Source: Octopus sinensis (lineage: Eukaryota). Taken from it: DNA of 64,000 bases. This document shows, piece by piece, positions 12,971-24,157 of the stretch. The DNA is taken from positions 126,170,001 through 126,234,000 of the forward strand of contig NC_042998.1 of the NCBI RefSeq assembly GCF_006345805.1, read 5' to 3'. The translations under genes were made by a program, and so were the position numbers. Position 1 is the stretch's first letter, and each line of letters starts with the position of its first letter. The notes beneath the pieces were generated by a model. It ran no database searches. It saw nothing but the letters and a program-made list of their open reading frames with translations, and was not told where the DNA came from.

Positions 12971-14520
12971 AAATTTAAACCTAGATTTATTCAATTTATC
13001 AGCAGACAATAATTTAGGTACTGACAACAGAATGTGTTAGAAAATGCCAAAAGCATATGAAATTATCTGAGATGTTTCTGTTGCTATTGAAACAAGGAAT
13101 GAGGTTTCCTTTTCATATTCATTCTCTCACATTTTGGAAGCTTTGCAATCATGAAAATCTTGTCAATGCAGGGTTCCATAACTTGAATTATATGTGATGG
13201 AACTCTGTATTTTCAGGAGCAAAACACTTCTGTTACGTGGTGGATTCCTGTGTCACAGTGACTAGAGTGAAGTTTCTTGATAAAAGATACAACCAATGCC
13301 AGCAACAAAACAGATGAGTAAGCACTATACCCAACAGAATTGCTAAAATATCTTTTAATCTTATTTTATTTTGTTTTCAATTAAAGAACAAAACGCTATA
13401 TAAAATAATGAAAAAATAAACTGCAGAAGATATGAATCATCATAATTTTACACCTGTTTCCCATACATGGATTAAGCATGTTTGCAATATTTGTAATTTT
13501 CTATACATTTTAACTCCCAATGCTTTCAGCCCTACAAACTGGTTCATATGATGCATATTTATATTAATATATTTCAGTGTTTTGTCAATTTGCCATTTTC
13601 AATAGGTCTAAAATGGATTTTCATTTTCTGTAACTCACTTATGTTTTAGTACACTCACTCTTGATCTTTTGAAATGTATTGAATATGGCAAACTAACAAG
13701 ATGATGAAATATTTTTACAGTAAGCAATCTTCCACATGATCATAGAGTTTGAGGTAATTTGCAAGCTTTTTAAAGGAGTAAATCTGAGAATATCAGACAG
13801 TGAGTACATCTTATGTACACCCTCAATAGTTGGTACAAGATTACTTAATTGATTTGCAAATGACCTGTATCTGGAATCTGTTCCCATACTCTCAACCTAG
13901 ATTCAAACAGTGTAGATAGATAATCTAAGCAAGGCATAATAGATTGTAAAACTATGGTACCTAATATTTGTTTACACAGCCATGAGACAAATTTTATTTA
14001 TAAATACCAACTTTTTGTAATGTGCTCTTTCTGCGTATTAGAAGGGTGTTTCAGATGTAATCTTCCAATGTTTATCAGGTCTATTCAGGAATTGATTGGT
14101 TAACTTTAGATCATTTACATTTCCTATTAATTGATCCCAATTTCTACAAAACCTATTTAAGATTTGCTGTCTTGTTAGCTTTTTGCATTGCTTCTTAATA
14201 TGTATGAATTACTGATGAGTGGTGAATTTCAAAATATAGTTATCTTTGAAGATCACTTTTTTCTGTTATCTTATTGGCATACATCATCTCTCTCTCTCTC
14301 TCTCTCTTCATAGTATGTAATTGCTATACTAATAATAAACTGATAAAAATGTTTAAATAGACACAAAATAGCATACAAAATGGTAGAATATATGAAGTCA
14401 TTTATTATGAAAAGTCACAATTGGACAGCATCTCATGGTCTGGAGTGATAGATAGAGAAAGATATGTTTTATTAAATAGTTCAACTGAAGACAACACTAA
14501 TATTGTGAAGGTTAAAGAAG

Positions 14521-14750
14521 AAATGCTAGTTCTAAAATCTCTCTAAGAAATCAACACAGTAGGTGTACTAACAAGTAATACTCGTAGTCACTGCAACATG
14601 GCTGACCAATTCGAATGAACTTTACTGTGATTTTTTAACCCCAAGACTAACTGGTTAATGATGCATCTGAGATATTGTGAATAGGGGAGTGAACCCATAC
14701 CATCTTCTCACAATGGGACCAGCAGACCAGCCTAGTTTTGGGCTATTTCT
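14521..14750. repeat. Diverged direct repeat copy 1 (partner 16330-16595)
   Basis: aatgctagttctaaaatct...gtactaacaagtaat...cgtagtcact.caacatggctg shared; roughly 80-85% identical over the first ~120 bp by eye. Confidence 0.85.
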
Positions 14751-14788
14751 GCTCCTCTTCAGCATTGGACACCTCGTCTGCTAAAGAG

Positions 14789-16275
14789 GTTTTCTTTATT
14801 ATAGGTATAAAGCTTGAATTTAGAAAGGACACCACAAAGACAGATAACATAGAACATGGGGTACATACAAACAATTAATGAATGAATTATGAATTGTGAA
14901 AACAATGAGAATGAAATGGTTTTCCTACCCAACAAAGTAGGAAGTTCCATTTTACTGTTTTTACATGAATAATTATTTTTCTATCACTGATGGTAGTTCA
15001 TCATATCTAAATCGTAATGCAGTTATTTTTACCCTGTCTCTGAATATATCTGTCAACCTTCCTGCTCTCTCATCTTCCAGCAGCACTGCTTTCTCATTCT
15101 GTTTCCCCTTCTTTTCGGCCAGCTTAATTCTTACAACGCCTTTCATCTTGGAAATTCTTTTCTCTATTTCCACACTCCTAGTCTCTTCTTCCATCTTTCC
15201 TCCTCCTTACTAGTTGAGGGCTCTGGTCTTTGCGTTCGATCTCCCGTTGATACCTCATTTTTTCTTTTTTCATTCTTATTTTCCTCCGCCTCCCTTTTCT
15301 TTTTTGGCGGAGATTTACTGTTTTTCCTCTTCTTTTCTACCACTGTAATCTTCTTTTCCTCCTCTGTCGTTACAATCTCTTCTTCCCGACTCTCCTTCTC
15401 CACCTCCTCCTGTTTGTGTTTCTGGGGACACTTGGCTTTCATGTGACCCCTTACTCCACACGCAAAACATATTGGAGGTCTACCTTCCACTATAATTCTT
15501 AGTCTGGTAAGCTGATATGGACCATTACCTCTAGCCCATATCCCCACAATTCACCTCTGCAGTCTTCGACATTTCCAGGACTTCTGCGTCTTCTTCTGTA
15601 TTGTAGAGGATGGCTGCCACAAGGCATGCCTCATCAATTTCAGGGGCACTCTCCCTATCCTTACTCTGGCCGTATGACTGCCACAGTAAGTAGGTAACAG
15701 TGCCCACCCCACCGATTTCAAGGCTACAGTGGAGTATTTCTTAGCTTCGTTCTCATTGATGAAGCATACCTCCAATGTGCCGAACTTTCGTCCTCTGGTA
15801 TAGAACGTGGTTATCTCCTTTAAGTATTCCTTGACCACTTCTACGACTATTATATCCATCTTCTTTGTTGCTATATTCAACATTCTATATGTGATGGTAT
15901 TCCTTTCTGTATTCTCAGTCGAAAATCGGGGGTGTCAGCCTTAGACATCCTCCCTCCTCCTTCAATAAGGTGTTATACATCATGAAGTCCCTGTCCTTGA
16001 CTTCCAATTCACGTATTTGCAGTAGTTCTGCAGACAGGATTTTGCCCATCAAAGCAGCATAACTGCCTGTTTGTACTTGTGTATTCATAATACCATTGTT
16101 TACAGCTTCACCCATAAATGGGGAAGACAAAATTTTCACAAACACAAATAATCACAATAATCAACAATTCAGTAATTCAACGTAATAAAACAATAACTCA
16201 CAGAGGAGCAAAATTAAGCACAATAACACCGGTAAAGATGAGTCTGCTAGAGATGGCAGTAGCTTGCTTCTGCTT
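14789..16275 (-). mobile_element. ORF1-only L1/Tx1-like relic with a CCHC zinc knuckle
   Basis: Frameshifted ORFs 15915-16145, 15551-15883, 15164-15547; LRIIVEGRPPICFACGVRGHMKAKC (Cx2Cx4Hx4C, 15428-15469); AATAAA at 14795-14800; no EN or RT follows. Confidence 0.7.
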
Positions 16276-16329
16276 GAAATATATATAATTTCAAGCAACT
16301 TGCAGTCACTGATTTTGCAACAAACAAAA

Positions 16330-16595
16330 ATGCTAGTTCTAAAATCTTTTTAAGAGATCAATAAAGTAGTTGTACTAACAAGTAATGTTCGTAGTCACTT
16401 CAACATGGCTGTCCGTTCAAACAAACTTTACTGAGATTTTTTTAATCTCAAAAGGACATCTCTAGTTGGTTTATGATGTACAGCTGCATCCAAGATATTA
16501 TGAGCAGGGGAAGGAACCCCTACCACCTAGCTTCTTATACAATATTATAAAGATATTAATCTTCATGTGACCTAGACTAGTTTCAGGATTGCCTG
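16330..16595. repeat. Diverged direct repeat copy 2 (partner 14521-14750)
   Basis: Same shared motifs as copy 1. Confidence 0.85.
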
Positions 16596-17919
16596 CTAGG
16601 AGAAATATGCAAGCATTATTAGAAAATTGTTTAATTAGCAGAAAGCTGAACTGTTTGCTTGGCTGGTTGTAGAGAAATCCTTGTATTTAGTTAAAGTAAA
16701 ATTAGATACATCTTCAACATGGATAAATAGAAAATAAATAAATAAACAAATTCCAGAAACATCATCGGAGAATTGATACAAGATTTGTGCACAAGAATGG
16801 TTTTTTGTCAACAATTTTGGAAAGAAGCTAAGATATCAAAAATTAAAATCAATCAAGCTATTACATAATATTAGAATAATGGGAGGAGAAGATATTTCTG
16901 TACATTTTCAAAAGAAAAGATTAAAATCTAGAATAACTTGGCTTGGGAAAAGAAACATACTGAATAAAAAAAGTTGGTAAGCATGATAGTTGTCTTATAT
17001 TAACCATTTCAATTTAGCATTTTATTTCTTTTAAAACCCTTTTAAGTGCTTCTAATAAAACCAATTACCTAGATGTACATGCTGTAAAAGGAAAAAGAAA
17101 AAAATGTGTACAAAATTCTCAACATTTTCAAAGAATTCACTTAGTCATCATTTAATGCCCACTTTTCCATGCTGATGCAGATTTTCTGTGAACAGATACC
17201 CTTCCTGCTGCTAACCATCACTTGTTTCCAAGTAAGGTAATATTTCCCAGATGTATTTTTATGGAAGATGAATGAAGGACATCACCTGTAAGGTGCTATC
17301 AATCATTAGCAACTATCACATGTTGTCAAAGCAAGGAGACAATAAAACAAATACACACACTATGATGGGCTTCTTTCAAACAATCCACTCACAAGGCTTT
17401 GGTTGGCCTGGTGGTATAGTAGAAGGCACATGCCCAAGGTGCTATGCAATGGAATAGAACCTAGAGCCATGTGGATGAAAAACAAACTTCTCAGGCCATG
17501 TCTGTGCCTATCATTTTGTTGAAATCAAATGATTTGTTGTATTCCAATAAAAAAAGAAGGAAAATGTAATAATCAATACTTTTGTCGTGATTATTTGTAA
17601 TTCTTTAACCTTACTAACCATGTTATTAACAAAATTTTTATCAGTAATGCAGGTTATAATTTATACTACAGCAAATAAAGATCGATTACTTTTAAATGTT
17701 CTTGAATTTGGAATAAACTTAATAATGATCAAACAAGTCTAGTAAGATTCAAGTTTGGAAACTGACTTGGTAAAAACTAAGTTTTGACTTTTATTATCTT
17801 TGAGAAACCTTTTGACCTATTTGACAGAATTAACAACAGCATTATCATATTGCTCTATAGCCATTATTGAGTCAAGTTGTATTCACATAAAATAAACATG
17901 CAACTTCTGTAAAATATCT

Positions 17920-18064
17920 TTTGTGTGCCAATTGAGACCAAAGGAAACATAATTATGGCTGTAACAGTAAATGTGGAGCAAATATTCAAATGCTTCAGCA
18001 GAAGGTTCTTTTAATTTCGTGTATAACAGCTGTTTACTGAATGATTTGTACATTAATATAACTC
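17920..18064 (+). repeat. 145-bp inverted repeat, left arm
   Basis: Reverse complement of 24158-24302 with 3 mismatches by manual alignment. Confidence 0.95.
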
Positions 18065-19420
18065 ATGTTATAATGTGGGATAACCATGTGTCTCAACTAT
18101 AGCAAGACATCTGCTGTTGTCCCTCTTGGCACTTCACATAAAACTACCACCATTTTCCTAAGACACCTGCCCCCACTTAGCCATTCTTTTTCTCTTTCCT
18201 GAGTTCTTTGTCTATTTGCAACTAGGCAACATCATGGCAGAAAGAAAAACAAAAAAGTACGAACAGCACACTATAGAGTGATTGATGTTAGGAAGGGCAT
18301 CCAGCCATAGAGACCATGCTGAAGCTGGTACTGGAGCTTGGCACAGCCCCATGGGTGGCTGGATCCTTCCAAACCATCCAACTCACACCAGCATGGTAAA
18401 TGGATGTTAAATGATGAGGTGCAATGACATTTTCATTGAAACAAATGAATGGTCCTGTATCTTAATAAAACACACTCTAATTGTCAATACTTCCAAATTT
18501 TGTCAGGTTACGTTGTCGGGAATAATCCATATCTTTTATTTGGCTTATCTTTGAGGAAAATAAATCTGGATTCATTTGAGAAAGTATTTTGAGATAAAGT
18601 GGTTCATTTCTTTACATAGCTCATGTAATTACTTTATCAATTTCTGTTTTAAATAACTGAGAAATCCCATTTCAGCAATGATATTGTTAATGATATTGGA
18701 TACATATTGGATACATTTCTGTTACTTATTGAGAAATATTTTGTTAAGGACATGATCATTTGTAATGCTAATCATTATCAGAGACCATCCCAGTTTAAAA
18801 TATAGATCAACTTTCTTCATCAAAATACCGTATGAAGAATGCCTGGTCAGTATTAAACCTTAAAAAAGGCTACAATAACAGTAAAAATCAATTTCACACA
18901 CACACACACATATATATATGGAGATGATATGTGGTGCATTGCTGTATTTGAGAAGACCTGCGCACCACAACAGAATTGAGATTCTAAAAACAAGGAGCCA
19001 CAAAAAGCACCCAGTGCACTGTGGTGTGGTTGGTATTAGAAAACCAAGCCAAAACAGATTGTGGAACCTGGTGTGGCCCAGTTCCTGTTAAGCTGTCCAA
19101 TCCATGTCAGCATGGAAAAGACATTAAATGATAACGATGATATATATCGTCGTCGTTTAACGTCCGTTCTCCATGCTAGCATGGGTTGGACGGTTCGACC
19201 GGGGTTCTGGGAAGCCAGAAGGCTGCACCAGGCTCCAGTCTAATCTGGCAATGTTTCTACAGCTGGATGCCCTTCCTAACGCCAACCACTCCGTGAGTGT
19301 AGTGGGTGCTTTTTACGTGCCACCTGCACAGGTGCCAGGCGGGGCTGGCAACGGCCACGGTCAGATTGGTGTATTTTATGTGACACCGGCACGGAAGCCA
19401 GTCGAGGCGGTGCTGGCATC

Positions 19421-19868
19421 GGCCACGAGTCGGATAGTGCTTTTTACGTACCACCAGACCAGGGATCCTGGCTGGTTCAATTCGATTTCGATTGCCCCAA
19501 CGTGTCTTCACAAGCAAAGGGGGTTGGCATGGGTGCCTGTCGTACGGTCGCATTGGAGTATTTTACGTGCCACGGCCACGAGTCGGATAGTGCTTTTTAC
19601 GTACCACCAGACCAGGGATCCTGGCTGGTTCAATTCGATTTCGATTTCGCTTGCCCCAACATGTCTTCACAAGCAAAGGGGGTTGGCATGGGTGCCTGTC
19701 GTACGGTCGCATTGGAGTATTTTACGTGCCACGGCCACGAGTCGGATAGTGCTTTTTACGTACCACCAGGCCAGGGATCCTGGCTGGTTCAATTCGGTTT
19801 CGATTTCGATTTCGCTTGCCCCAACATGTCTTCGCAAGCATGGGGGGTTGGCATGGGTGTCTGTCGTC
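19421..19868. repeat. Tandem array of a ~153-159-bp unit (~2.8 copies) in the RTE 3' UTR
   Basis: ggccacgagtcggatag recurs at 19421, 19574 and 19733. Confidence 0.95.
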
Positions 19869-19950
19869 GGATGAGGTTCTATATCGACTTCGCTTGCCTC
19901 AACCGGTCTTTGTGTCCAAGGGAGGAAAGGCATTCATAAGTGGGCTGGGC

Positions 19951-22900
19951 TCACTTGTCCTGCCTGGTCTTCTCACGTACAGAATATTTCCAAAGGTCTC
20001 GGTCTCTGGTCATTTCCTCAGTCAGGCCTAAAGTTCGAAGGTCGTGCTTCACCACCTCGTCCCAGGTTTTCCTGGGTCTACCTCTTCCACGGGTTCCCTC
20101 AACTGCTAGGGATTGGCACTTTCTCACACACCTATCTTCATCCATTCTCGCCACATGACCATACCAGCGCAATCGTCTCTCTTGCACACCACAACTGATG
20201 CTTCTTAGGTACAACATTTCTCTCAAGGTGCTAACGCTCTGTCGAGTATGTACACTGACATTACACATCCATCGGAGCATACTGGCTTCATTCCTCACGA
20301 GCTTACGCATGTCCTCAGCAGTCACGGCCCATGTTTCGCTGCCATGTAGCATGGCTGTTCGTACACACGCATCATACAGTCTGCCTTTTACTCTGAGCGA
20401 GAGGCCTTTAGTCACCAGCAGAGGTAAGAGCTCCCTAAACTTTGCCCAGGCTATTCTTATTCTAGCAGTTACACTTTCAGCGCACCCACCCCCACTACTG
20501 ACTTGGTCACCTAGATAACGGAAGCTATCAACTACTTCTAGTTTTTCCCCCTGGAAAGTGACGGAAGTTGTTTTCTGCAGATTTTCGGAGGTTAATGCTC
20601 CCGAGCATCTGCCACATACAAAAACTATCTTCCCAGTTAGCCTACCTTTGACATTGCTGCACCTCTTATGTGTCCATAGCTTACACTGGGTACATCTTAT
20701 AGAGTTTCTACCTACACCTTTTCTACAGATCGAGCAGGGCCATCTTCCTGAAGATATTTGTGGATTGTCTACCTTTCTACTTATTAGTACTTTGGTTTTA
20801 GCTAGGTTGACTCTAAGGCCCCTTGATTCTAAACCCTCCTTCCACACCTGGAACTTCTCCTCCAGTTCTGATAGTGACTCAGCAATAAGAGCAAGGTCGT
20901 CAGCGTAGAGGAGCTCCCAGGGACAGCCTGTCTTGAATTCCTCCGTAATTGCCTGGAGTACTATGATAAATAGGAGGGGGCTGAGTACTGAACCCTGGTG
21001 GACCCCAACCTCTACTTTGAATTCTTCTGTGTACATGTTGCCAACCCTAACCTTACTTACGGCATCTCTGTACATGGCTTGCACAGTCCTCACCAGCCAT
21101 TCATCTATCCCTAGTTTCCTCATTGACCACCAGATAAGGGATCGGGGGACCCTATCAAAAGCTTTCTCCATGTCAACAAAAGCCAGGTACAGGGGCTTAT
21201 CTTTGGCTAGGTATTTCTCCTGCAGCTGCCTTACCAGGAATATAGCATCAGTAGTACTTTTCCCTGGCACGAACCCAAACTGCATCTCATCTAAACTAAC
21301 TCTCTCTCTAATTAGTTGGGCTATGACCCTCTCCGTAACCTTCATTACTTGATCCAACAGCTTGATACCTCTGTAATTATTTGTATCTAGGGCATCACCT
21401 TTACCTTTGTAGCAGTTGACTAGTATGCTGCTGCACCAGTCATTGGGTATGACTCCTTCGTGTATCACCTGGTTGACTATACGGGTGACTAGGTTATAGC
21501 CGACACTGCCAGATATTTTGAGCATCTCTGCAGTAATTCCTGATGGGCCTGGGGCTTTCCCTGTCTTCATGCTTCTAATTGCCTTAGCTACCACGGAACT
21601 ATCAACTCGGATAGCTGGTCCCTCTGTAGGGTCAACATTCGGCAGACTCTCTTTATCCCATTCATATTCCTCATTCAGTAACCTTTCATAGTGGCGTCTC
21701 CAAGCTTCTCTCTTTGCATCCTCATTTAGCGCAAGTGAACCATCCTCCATGCGAACACATTTCTCTCCTACCACATCACGATTCTCTCTCACACACTGTC
21801 TTGCAACACGAAATACCTCAAGTCTTTCATCCTCACGGCGCAGGACATTGGCAAATTTTCTCTTATCTGCTTCCCCTCTGGCTAGATAGACCTGTCTCCT
21901 AGCTTCCCTTCTGGCAGTCTGATACCCTTCCCTGCTACCACCGTTCTTCCAGGCCTTCCAAGCCTGTTTCTTTTGTCTAATAGCCCTGTCAACAATATTG
22001 TTCCACCACCACGTTATTTTGGGTCTTAAGGGGACTTTGCACCAGCCACAGATCTGGTCAGCGGCTTTCAGCAGGTTGTCCCTCAGAAACGTCCAGTTGT
22101 CTTCTACCCCATGTGTAGCTATACCCCCTTCCACTTCGTCAAAGGCTTCAAGTAACATATCTCTAAATCTCTGTCCATTCGCAGGGGCTTTAAGCTTCCA
22201 GACCCTTCTTCTCCATGTTGGTCGTCTTCTAGTCGCCCTCTTAGTCCTGATCCTAAAGTCACTAACTACCAGTCTATGTTGTGGGGTGCATTCTTCGCCT
22301 GGGAAGGTTTTGGCATTTATAAGCAGCCATCTTTCCCTTTTTCTGGCAAGGATGCAGTCGATTTGGCTAGTATGCCGGCCCGATCGGTAGGTGACCAGGT
22401 GGCTTGTTGGTTTCCTGAAGTTAGTGTTGCAGACCATAAGACTATTCGCATCGCAGAACTCCAGCAGCCTGGTTCCCTCCTCGTTGCGGGAACCATAACC
22501 GTAGCCTCCATGTACGCCATGGAAGCCCCCAGCATGTCGTCCAACATGCCCATTGAAATCACCAGCCACAAAGAGAAGGTCCCTGTCGTTCGTCGATGAG
22601 GTGGTCTGCAGTAGAGTGTCATAGAAACTGTCTTTCTGTCCATCGGGTAGCCCTGGCTGAGGGGCATAGGCTGATATAATGGTTGTTAATCTATTATGAA
22701 GCACTATTCTAATCTTAAGTATTCTGTCACTTACTCTGATTACCTCAATTACTCTATCTATCCATTTCTCAGCGATAAGTATACCCACGCCACCAACCCC
22801 TTCAGTGTTCCCTGCCCAGAAAATCTTGTACCTGTGTTCCTTGCCTGTGAGGACCCTAGCAGATCCTCCTCTCCACCTTATTTCTTGCATACAACATACA

Positions 22901-23064
22901 TCAACACGTCTCTGTTCAAGCATCTCGACTATCTCGCCAGACCTACCTTTCAATGTGCCAACGTTGAGGGTGCCCACCCTGAGGGTGTGGGCCTCTGAGA
23001 CCCTGGGATGAGGGACAGCAGTGTTATGTACCTGAAAAGAAAGCTTGCATTTGCCAGATATCAT
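19951..23064 (-). CDS. RTE polyprotein, 1037 aa: APE endonuclease + reverse transcriptase + PHD finger
   Basis: EN motifs LNV, QE, AYAP, GDFNGH, QID, QHR; RT motifs QFGF, DMEKAFD, HQGSVLSPLLF, YADD, KTK, FRYLG; C-terminal RLRWYGH and RGRPRKTW; no internal stop. Confidence 0.96.
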   Translation of the reverse strand: MISGKCKLSFQVHNTAVPHPRVSEAHTLRVGTLNVGTLKGRSGEIVEMLEQRRVDVCCMQEIRWRGGSARVLTGKEHRYKIFWAGNTEGVGGVGILIAEKWIDRVIEVIRVSDRILKIRIVLHNRLTTIISAYAPQPGLPDGQKDSFYDTLLQTTSSTNDRDLLFVAGDFNGHVGRHAGGFHGVHGGYGYGSRNEEGTRLLEFCDANSLMVCNTNFRKPTSHLVTYRSGRHTSQIDCILARKRERWLLINAKTFPGEECTPQHRLVVSDFRIRTKRATRRRPTWRRRVWKLKAPANGQRFRDMLLEAFDEVEGGIATHGVEDNWTFLRDNLLKAADQICGWCKVPLRPKITWWWNNIVDRAIRQKKQAWKAWKNGGSREGYQTARREARRQVYLARGEADKRKFANVLRREDERLEVFRVARQCVRENRDVVGEKCVRMEDGSLALNEDAKREAWRRHYERLLNEEYEWDKESLPNVDPTEGPAIRVDSSVVAKAIRSMKTGKAPGPSGITAEMLKISGSVGYNLVTRIVNQVIHEGVIPNDWCSSILVNCYKGKGDALDTNNYRGIKLLDQVMKVTERVIAQLIRERVSLDEMQFGFVPGKSTTDAIFLVRQLQEKYLAKDKPLYLAFVDMEKAFDRVPRSLIWWSMRKLGIDEWLVRTVQAMYRDAVSKVRVGNMYTEEFKVEVGVHQGSVLSPLLFIIVLQAITEEFKTGCPWELLYADDLALIAESLSELEEKFQVWKEGLESRGLRVNLAKTKVLISRKVDNPQISSGRWPCSICRKGVGRNSIRCTQCKLWTHKRCSNVKGRLTGKIVFVCGRCSGALTSENLQKTTSVTFQGEKLEVVDSFRYLGDQVSSGGGCAESVTARIRIAWAKFRELLPLLVTKGLSLRVKGRLYDACVRTAMLHGSETWAVTAEDMRKLVRNEASMLRWMCNVSVHTRQSVSTLREMLYLRSISCGVQERRLRWYGHVARMDEDRCVRKCQSLAVEGTRGRGRPRKTWDEVVKHDLRTLGLTEEMTRDRDLWKYSVREKTRQDK

Positions 23065-23220
23065 ACTGAGACTCTAGACTACAACCTGCATAAATTTCAC
23101 AGTTTTTGCGCTATATGATCACAATAAACCCTACATAGGGGTGCGGGGGGGGGGGGTCAAGAAAGATAGAAAACAGAAACTTCCGGTTCTGGTGGATGGG
23201 TGGGAGGGCGGGGTCACCTC

Positions 23221-23624
23221 GAAGGAACAACAGGTTTTAAGTTAATACGTAGGGAATTTTCTGCAACAGAAATTACTGAACATCTAGGAACTTTGGGGTT
23301 CGAGAAGAACGTAATATAAATAAGAGAGAGAGAAAAAATTTCGTAGGGAATTTAGGGTATCTTTGGGGAAAGGAATAATGACGAAGGAACAACAGGTTTT
23401 AAGTTAATACGTAGGGAATTTTCTGCAACAGAAATTACTGAACATCTAGGAACTTCGGGGTTCGAGAAGAACGTAATATAAATAAGAGAGAGAGAAAAAA
23501 TTTCGTAGGGAATTTAGGGTATCTTTGGGGAAAGGAATAACGACGAAGGAACAACAGGTTTTAAGTTAATACGTAGGGAATTTTCTCCAACAGAAATTAC
23601 TGAACATCTAGGAACTTCGGGGTT
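23221..23624. repeat. Tandem array of a 162-bp unit (~2.5 copies) at the RTE 5' end
   Basis: gaaggaacaacaggttttaag recurs at 23221, 23383 and 23545; copies are nearly identical. Confidence 0.95.
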
Positions 23625-24157
23625 ATATATATATATATATATATATATCAACTTTATACATTTAAGATGTTGGAAGCACAAATAATAACTGGCTCAAGGC
23701 TACTCAGCATTTCCTTTCCATCACATCCACTGGTTCAATTAACTAAATTAAGTTCATTTTATTTTAGAATATATCGAATGTTAAACTTCAAAATAGCAAT
23801 GGATTCTGAGTGGTATGTAAACTTCATTACCAGATCAATTCAACTGCTTGTCAAGGTCATTGCTAACTGGAAGCTTACCAAATAGCTAAATAAGGATTAA
23901 TTGATAATCATCAATAAACCAATGATGGCAGAGGTTTTAGTCATGATTCTTTTTTTCTTTTTAGTCTTATTAAACATTTTTGTTGCATAAATGTTTGAAG
24001 AAATACATAGGGAAACAATTTTAAATTTCTTCACCTGCTCCATCTTATATATAATGGAAGAAATTACATTTAATACATCAATATCTTTTGAAAGCATATA
24101 TCAGATACTGTGCATGTGCACATGGAGAGGAGACAGAAGCCAGGGAAATCTAAACAG

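Larger units (their letters stand above)
19148..23624 (-). mobile_element. Apparently full-length RTE-clade non-LTR retrotransposon
   Basis: Single EN-RT ORF; 3' UTR ending in a (GAC)n tail (plus strand cgtcgtcgtttaac at 19148); 5' tandem monomers; (TA)n tracts on both sides. The 5' boundary is inferred from the TA tract. Confidence 0.93.

Noticed and set aside
14521-16552. LTR pair (TG...CA) or paired H/ACA snoRNAs (ACA ends)
   Set aside because: Similarity continues beyond those motifs, there is no PBS or PPT, and the hairpin/H-box architecture is unconvincing; kept only as unexplained direct repeats.
19173-19939. 233-aa and 145-aa ORFs with internal peptide repeats
   Set aside because: Produced by the tandem array in the antisense RTE 3' UTR; no domain recognisable.
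20198-22599. Plus-strand ORFs of 106-139 aa (20198, 20558, 20933, 21998, 22276)
   Set aside because: Antisense shadows of the RTE ORF; the same peptides recur over decayed copies.
23065-23624. HDV-like ribozyme at the RTE 5' end
   Set aside because: No nested double-pseudoknot pairing found by eye; a descriptor search is needed to exclude it fully.
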